DNA from: Christensenellales bacterium
GTDB lineage: Bacteria > Bacillota > Clostridia > Christensenellales > CAG-917
Direction: 5' to 3'
DNA length: 55,736 bases
Assembly (NCBI GenBank): GCA_051883555.1
Contig: JBJETY010000036.1
Location: 69,671-125,406, forward strand
A model generated the notes under the pieces. The model saw nothing but the letters and a program-made list of their open reading frames with translations. It did not search any database and had not been told where the DNA came from. Made by a program: the position numbers and the translations under genes. Shown here in pieces: positions 50,495 through 55,736 of this stretch (the stretch's first letter is position 1; each line of letters begins with the position of its first letter).

Positions 50495-52399
50495 CTATCC
50501 GACTAATTTTTGCCACTTACCGTCGGACGGACGCAAAACGAAATTGCAATCAGGGAAATCGTAATCGTCGACAAACGAGCGTACGATTTGTCCGAACAAT
50601 AATTCGTCCATAAGTTTATCAAGATAAATTACCCCCGTATAGGTTGTAACTTCGCCCTCCGTCTTGCTCTCAAAATATTTGTCCAATTCCAAAGATTTAA
50701 ACGTTTCTATTCCGTTGACCAATTTCAGCAGTGCGGATATGGTTTTAGAAAACTCCGCTTCGCTTTTATAACACATGCTTTTAGGTATAGACAACGTACT
50801 GCGAATAATTGAATTTTCACTCAGCTTTGCCGCGATTTTTTCGAATCTCAAAACCGAATTTACAATTCCGCTATTATATAAGTCAAGTTCGCCGTCGATT
50901 AATAACGCTTTGCAGAAGTCGTTTACCTTTTCAGCTCTTCCTATTATTTCTCCGTATATATCGCTAAGGCAGTCAAAAAATTCAGATGAATAAACGTAGG
51001 CTACTACCCCTTTTATCGCGGCTTTTAAAAGGTTAAGTTCGACGCTGTTTTTCTGATTTTCACCGCCATAGAATACGTTTTCTCCTATCTTTGCAATCAC
51101 GTCGTACAAATCTTTATAATCGCTTGTCGGGAAAGTCGCACCGTACTTTGCGAAAAATTCCTGATAGCTGTTTTCGCCGTAAAGCGGTCTGTTTATAAAA
51201 TCAATTATTCCGTTTACAATTTCGTCGAAATTAGCCGGAGCAGGAGTCGTGACGAATATAACGTCTTTGAGTATCTTAGCGATATTCAAACCGCTTACCA
51301 ACGACTTTCCGTAATAGGCTATTCTTCCTTTGGAGTAAGCGTTAAAATCGGCAAGCACCGCCGCCTTGTCTTCTGTCGACAAATAAGTCGGAAGATATTC
51401 TTCCTTTAACGATTTTATCTGCACCACTTCGCTCTTAACGTAGTTTTTGGTAAATTCCATTTCACGATAGCAGTTTGCGCACTGGCTGACAGACGATGTC
51501 ATAACTTCCGTAAAAATTCCGTCCGAGCTTTCAAGCGTTACGGCGTCGTTTGCATGGTTATGGCCTGCAATCGCTACTTCAACGTTTCCCGCCAGAAGTT
51601 CGGTAAGTCTGTCGCTGCCCGGAGTCGTCGCATGCACTTCAAGTCCCAAAGTATCGGTTATCGCTCCGAAGATGTTGTTGATTGGTTTGTGGTATGCGGC
51701 AATGACTTTATCGCCCGCCGCCTTTGCTTCGCTCAATTGAGTTTCGATAAACGAAAACGCCGTATCGTCAAGGTCGCCGCTGCAATTGTCAATAACTAAA
51801 AGTCTGTATCCGTCTTTGAGTTTTGCAACGTATGACAAGCCGCTTACCGCCAAGGCTTCGCTGTAACCGAATTCGTAATAATAGTTCTTAAAAGATTCTA
51901 CTATCCCTTCTGCAGTATCCTGCAAATTTTCGACGTCCACCTTTCCGCTTCCCGTATATCGGTATCCCCTGTGTCCTTCGGGCGCTACGTCGTGATTGCC
52001 CGGAACGACAAAGACTTCGAGTCCCCTTTCTTCAACGGTTTTAATTAGCGCCGACATCTCTTCATGATTCTGTACGGCATGGTCGTCGCACAAATCGCCC
52101 GTTATTATAAGAGCTTCATAGTCCCCTTCGACGGCGTTATCGAACGCAGTCTGAATAATTGCGTTGGAAAGCTCGTTGGTTTTCGAATCGGCGACTTTGC
52201 CTGCAAAACTTTCATACGCATAGTCTCCGACTAAATCGTATGAAAGATAATGCGTATCGGACATAACCGCGACTTTCAGTTCGACTTTTTCCGAATCCGC
52301 TTTCTCTTTCAACGAGAGGTCTTTATCTCCGCATGCCGCCAATGCGAAAACGAGCGTTAATACTAACAAAATTAATAATATCGTTTTTGCTTTTTTCAT
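50495..52399 (-). CDS. Calcineurin-like metallophosphoesterase lipoprotein
   Basis: Lipobox LAA-C; motifs SDTH, GDLCD, GNHD, YH, GHNH; helical C-terminal extension. Confidence 0.88.
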   Translation of the reverse strand: MKKAKTILLILLVLTLVFALAACGDKDLSLKEKADSEKVELKVAVMSDTHYLSYDLVGDYAYESFAGKVADSKTNELSNAIIQTAFDNAVEGDYEALIITGDLCDDHAVQNHEEMSALIKTVEERGLEVFVVPGNHDVAPEGHRGYRYTGSGKVDVENLQDTAEGIVESFKNYYYEFGYSEALAVSGLSYVAKLKDGYRLLVIDNCSGDLDDTAFSFIETQLSEAKAAGDKVIAAYHKPINNIFGAITDTLGLEVHATTPGSDRLTELLAGNVEVAIAGHNHANDAVTLESSDGIFTEVMTSSVSQCANCYREMEFTKNYVKSEVVQIKSLKEEYLPTYLSTEDKAAVLADFNAYSKGRIAYYGKSLVSGLNIAKILKDVIFVTTPAPANFDEIVNGIIDFINRPLYGENSYQEFFAKYGATFPTSDYKDLYDVIAKIGENVFYGGENQKNSVELNLLKAAIKGVVAYVYSSEFFDCLSDIYGEIIGRAEKVNDFCKALLIDGELDLYNSGIVNSVLRFEKIAAKLSENSIIRSTLSIPKSMCYKSEAEFSKTISALLKLVNGIETFKSLELDKYFESKTEGEVTTYTGVIYLDKLMDELLFGQIVRSFVDDYDFPDCNFVLRPSDGKWQKLVG

Positions 52400-52405
52400 A
52401 AGCAC

Positions 52406-52434
52406 ATTATACCCTATAAATCGTTTAAATGAAA
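52406..52434 (-). promoter_or_regulatory. Sigma-A promoter 6 nt before the ATG (leaderless candidate)
   Basis: TTTCAT-17 bp-TATAAT-6 nt-ATG; no Shine-Dalgarno. Confidence 0.6.
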
Positions 52435-52605
52435 TAGTTTTAAAACATCTCTTTTCGTTCTTTGCATAAAAATTTGTCTTTTATAGCGAAAAAAGCAAAA
52501 TTAATCGCATTAAAAATAAACGCGCAAATAAAAGCGCAAAGTTTTAAAGCAAAACGCGCTTTCGTTTAGCGCCGCTTTTTAAACGCGCCATAGTTTTAAA
52601 ATTTA

Positions 52606-52685
52606 AGTCGTATTATGCTTTGAAAATAATGAGTAAAAATGCGTTAGTCCTATTATGCTTTAAAAAAGTTCGTCAAAAATGCGTT
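52606..52685. repeat. Imperfect tandem repeat, 2 x 40 bp
   Basis: AGTC(G/C)TATTATGCTTT...AAAATGCGTT at 52606 and 52646. Confidence 0.8.
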
Positions 52686-52851
52686 AAATATATTCATAAT
52701 TTAACGCGTGCAAATATGCCGATATGCCGTAACGAACATACCTAGCGGCAAAGAAAACAAATGGGGAAAAAAACTAATGAGCATATAAAAACTAAACCGA
52801 AAACGACATTCCTGCCGCCTTTTATCCTATGTAAGCTTACACGTAGTCGGC

Positions 52852-53181
52852 TTACACGGGAATATATATCGCCGAATTATATACGAATCTGTCGCCAACC
52901 GAAATCAAATTATAATGTTCTTCAGATACGTAAAACCACTGCGAATCGCCCTCGTCGTTCATAACTTTTATCCTGTATCCGCTAACTCTTCTCGGATCAA
53001 GAATTTTGACTATGCCGTAATCGGCAACTATCGCTTCGGCATACCTTTTTTCTACTACCGTCCCGGAAGGCACTATTATATCGTAATTACAACCGCAAAA
53101 CAGCACAGGCAACAACACGAGCGACAAAAGAAAAAGAATCAAAGTTAAGGCGGCGGATTTTCTTTGCAAAAGAGATTTCAT
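52852..53181 (-). CDS. Small membrane-anchored or lipoprotein hypothetical protein
   Basis: Hydrophobic N-terminus ending FCG-C; beta-rich domain ending VSEEHYNLISVGD. Confidence 0.68.
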   Translation of the reverse strand: MKSLLQRKSAALTLILFLLSLVLLPVLFCGCNYDIIVPSGTVVEKRYAEAIVADYGIVKILDPRRVSGYRIKVMNDEGDSQWFYVSEEHYNLISVGDRFVYNSAIYIPV

Positions 53182-53187
53182 AAATCC

Positions 53188-53215
53188 ATATTATGTATCC
53201 GAAAAATAAAAGGTT
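53188..53215 (-). promoter_or_regulatory. SigK-like sporulation promoter (leaderless candidate)
   Basis: AACC-16 bp-CATAATAT-6 nt-ATG. Confidence 0.45.
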
Positions 53216-53440
53216 CTTTTTAAGATTCTTATCTTTGCAAAATACGCTAAAATCTTAAAGTAGTTAAACGAAAATCGTTTGATAAACGGACAAAAAAAGC
53301 ATGCCGTTCAAATCAAAACACGCCGTTATTATTTAATCTTTTTAATTTTTTTACCTTTTAAATTCTGCTTTATTGTTTAAAACAGCTTTATTAAACGGCA
53401 TTACAAAACGGTACTTATGCAGTAGCAGTGCTTATGCCCT

Positions 53441-53511
53441 TGCAACGCTTTGCCGTATGCAAACTTTTACCGTATGCAAAATTATGCCGTATGCAAAATT
53501 ATGCCGTATGC
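53441..53511. repeat. Tandem repeat, 4 x 17 bp
   Basis: Consensus TGCAAAATTATGCCGTA at 53441, 53458, 53475 and 53492; the last two copies are identical. Confidence 0.9.
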
Positions 53512-53533
53512 GATAAATCGTATTTTCAAATAG

Positions 53534-53562
53534 TCATTTTACGCATTTAAAAAACATACGCT
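53534..53562 (+). promoter_or_regulatory. SigE-like sporulation promoter (leaderless candidate)
   Basis: TCATTTT-14 bp-CATACGCT-5 nt-ATG; no Shine-Dalgarno. Confidence 0.55.
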
Positions 53563-53567
53563 ATTTT

Positions 53568-54734
53568 ATGAAAAAAGTTATTAAAGCCGTCGCTCTGTTT
53601 ATCGGAACGGTAGTAGGAGCCGGGCTTGCGTCGGGAAAAGAAATAGCCGTTTATTTCAACGGGCTTAATCCTTTAACTACAATCTTTTCGGGCGTCTTTT
53701 TAGGTTTTTTCTGTGCTCTGTTCATGTTTGCGGGAAAAAACAATTTTCTGTTTTATCCGAAGTGGTTTCGTTTCGTAACCGTAGTCTGTTCGGTTATTAC
53801 GCTTTCCGCAATGTGCGCCGGAGCGGAAAGTCTTATAAAACCTGTCATTCCTTTCGGCGGACTGATATTTACGCTTCTTTCTATTTTCATCGCCTTTTCG
53901 GGAATGAAACAAATTAAACTCATAAACACCGTAATGGTCCCCGTGATAATAATAGGCATTGCTATATTATTTATTAAAAACGGAGAGACAAATCTAAGCG
54001 GTGCGTTCTCGCCGTTCAAACCGATATCCTATGCGGCTTTGAATCTTTTAATCGCCGGCACTCTGATGGCAGACGTGGGAAAGACCATGACGAAAAAAGA
54101 AATCGTACTGTCGGGAGTCATAAGCGCCATAATACTCAGTCTTATGCTCTTCTGCCTCGGCTGTGCGGTTATAGGCAAAGACGGAGAAATGCCGCTGTAC
54201 GACGTTGCCGAAAAACTCGGATACGGACATATAGCAAACGCTCTTATATTGCTTGCGATATTCACGACTATGGTGTCGTCCGCAAAAATTATTACCGACG
54301 CAATTTCCGTTAAAATAACGTCAAAGGTATTATCCTATTTCACTTGCCTCGTTCTGTGCTATCCTCTGTCTCTTTTAGGTTTTTCGGCGTTAATTACGTA
54401 CGGATATCCTCTTGTCAGCGTTGCGGGTCTTGTTCAGCTCGTTATGACGATATTAAAAACGCTACCGAAAACGGCAGCGTTTTATTCAAAAATCAAACAG
54501 CATAATACTAATCTTAAAAGCCGTCGGAACGACTTTAAAACCGATAAAAAAAGTATTGACTTTAACCGATTAAATTCCGATAGCGATTGCGCTAATTCTC
54601 ATCGGAGTGACATCCGCACTCTTCGCAGTCATTGCAATCGCATTCGGAATGACCGTGGCATTCGGAGTGACCGTCACAAGCGGAATGGTCGTGGCAAACG
54701 GTATGGCCGTGACGTTCGCCGCAACTGCACTTAG
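53568..54734 (+). CDS. YkvI-like membrane protein
   Basis: FIGTVVGAGLASGKEIAVYF signature, ~10 TM helices, YAALN, LAIFTT, YP; the C-terminal ~90 aa are hydrophilic and partly overlap the convergent gene. Confidence 0.82.
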   Translation: MKKVIKAVALFIGTVVGAGLASGKEIAVYFNGLNPLTTIFSGVFLGFFCALFMFAGKNNFLFYPKWFRFVTVVCSVITLSAMCAGAESLIKPVIPFGGLIFTLLSIFIAFSGMKQIKLINTVMVPVIIIGIAILFIKNGETNLSGAFSPFKPISYAALNLLIAGTLMADVGKTMTKKEIVLSGVISAIILSLMLFCLGCAVIGKDGEMPLYDVAEKLGYGHIANALILLAIFTTMVSSAKIITDAISVKITSKVLSYFTCLVLCYPLSLLGFSALITYGYPLVSVAGLVQLVMTILKTLPKTAAFYSKIKQHNTNLKSRRNDFKTDKKSIDFNRLNSDSDCANSHRSDIRTLRSHCNRIRNDRGIRSDRHKRNGRGKRYGRDVRRNCT

Positions 54735-55278
54735 AGTGGTGACACTCGCAGTCTTCTTCCTCGTCGGCGTCCATTTCAGAGTCCGCTTCCGTACGCTTGA
54801 AAATATCCGTTTCCACTTCCCCTTTTAAGTAAGCAAAAAGAGGATCGTCCGAAAAATCTTTTTTGACGTTGAATTCACCGCCCAATTCTTCGACTGCGTT
54901 TCTTATTTCTATAAACTCGTTATAATCGACGTCGTAATCTCTGGCATACGACGTAAGAAGGTCTATTGCAGATTCGTCTCCGTAAGATCCGAGCAACCTT
55001 GCAAAAAGCGGAATATCTTCGCCCCTGTAAAAATAGGATACGAGCCAAAGAAATATATCCTTTCTGCCTTTATAATTGGCAAGAATCTCAACAATCATCT
55101 GTCCGCTCTCGCCTTGAAGATTAGGAATGAGGGACAACATATAATCGACGACGTCCTCGCCCTCTTCTAAAAGATACTCGTATGCGGCAAGTTTATTGCC
55201 GTAAGACGCATTATCGTCCGCTATGGTATCGACCATTTTCTTTTTGTCGTCAATAGTGAATTTTATTTCTTCTTCCAT
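54592..55278 (-). CDS. Acidic helical (HEAT-like) protein with a His/Cys-rich C-terminal tail
   Basis: GGAG RBS; LLGSYGDESAI and IRNAVEELGG helical-repeat-like motifs; tail DCECHHSKCSCGERHGHTVCHDHSACDGHSECHGHSECDCNDCEECGCH. Confidence 0.78.
   Translation of the reverse strand: MEEEIKFTIDDKKKMVDTIADDNASYGNKLAAYEYLLEEGEDVVDYMLSLIPNLQGESGQMIVEILANYKGRKDIFLWLVSYFYRGEDIPLFARLLGSYGDESAIDLLTSYARDYDVDYNEFIEIRNAVEELGGEFNVKKDFSDDPLFAYLKGEVETDIFKRTEADSEMDADEEEDCECHHSKCSCGERHGHTVCHDHSACDGHSECHGHSECDCNDCEECGCHSDEN
54641..54712. repeat. In-frame 4 x 18-bp repeat encoding HGHSEC-like hexapeptides
   Basis: CATTCGGAATGACCGTGG / CATTCGGAGTGACCGTCA / CAAGCGGAATGGTCGTGG / CAAACGGTATGGCCGTGA. Confidence 0.85.
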
Positions 55279-55282
55279 ACCG

Positions 55283-55736
55283 TTATTTCTCCTGACCGAA
55301 AATCGCTTTTAAATATTTAATGAAAGTCGTTTTATTCAAAGAATATCTGCCGATTATATCTTCGGCTTTTCCGAAAGCCCCCGTGGCGAACACGAGAACG
55401 CCGGCAAGCGTTTTAACAGATTTAATTTTAGACAGCTTTTCCATACTCATATTCCCGAAATATATTTTGTCGCCGTCACGGCGTATATTATCGTCAATCA
55501 TGTTGCGCAACAATTCTATTGCGGAGTTTGGCTCGTCAATCGACATAATAACGTCGGCAATTACGTTTGACACGGCGTTGACGAAAGTCAAAGGCATATA
55601 TTTAATTATCGGGTTAAACGACATATTTATAAACTTTAAATCGTTTGACGCGAACGCCGAAAAATCAAGTTTTGAATTGTTTACAAGATATATTCTTATT
55701 ATCTCGACAAGTTCAGGAAACGTCAGCTTATCCGAA
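55283..55736 (-). CDS. Hypothetical protein, 5' end beyond the window
   Basis: The frame of ORF 55283-55624 stays open to the window edge (SDKLTFPELVEIIRIYLVNN...FINMSFNP), so Met 55624 is probably internal. Confidence 0.7.
   Translation of the reverse strand, partial: SDKLTFPELVEIIRIYLVNNSKLDFSAFASNDLKFINMSFNPIIKYMPLTFVNAVSNVIADVIMSIDEPNSAIELLRNMIDDNIRRDGDKIYFGNMSMEKLSKIKSVKTLAGVLVFATGAFGKAEDIIGRYSLNKTTFIKYLKAIFGQEK

Overview
A chromosomal window of mostly housekeeping genes from a low-GC (roughly 40% by eye), anaerobic, probably spore-forming Clostridia-class bacterium; the taxonomy is inferred from gene content. No rRNA, tRNA, CRISPR array, IS, integrase or prophage gene was recognised. 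Content in order: a NarL-type regulator with two membrane kinase-like proteins; a large BspA-type LRR lipoprotein; cdaA-DUF1015-lysC; holA; a polar amino acid ABC transporter with ARG-box-like operators; an apt-like PRTase; ilvBN-leuA-cimA; an OmpR-type two-component system with a VTC-DUF4956-Cthe_2159 cluster; hom-malQ-PPTase-ACP; coaX; a TspO-like protein; a 60-aa protein with 19 Cys; glyQS; an adhE-kinase-hfsA-hydS-phosphatase-[FeFe]-hydrogenase H2-sensing/ethanol locus; guaB-amidohydrolase-typA; a metallophosphoesterase lipoprotein; and ykvI-like and His/Cys-tail genes. The main oddities are: (1) one in-frame TGA splits the PAS domain of the sensory hydrogenase HydS/HfsB; (2) the ABC ATPase carries a ~115-aa basic insertion; (3) a probable pseudokinase/kinase pair; (4) a terminator-like hairpin abuts the hfsA RBS, and adhE has a long leader with a palindromic operator; (5) four apparently leaderless genes, three with sporulation-sigma-like promoters; (6) short tandem duplications in many intergenic regions. 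All family assignments come from motif recognition by eye, not from database searches.
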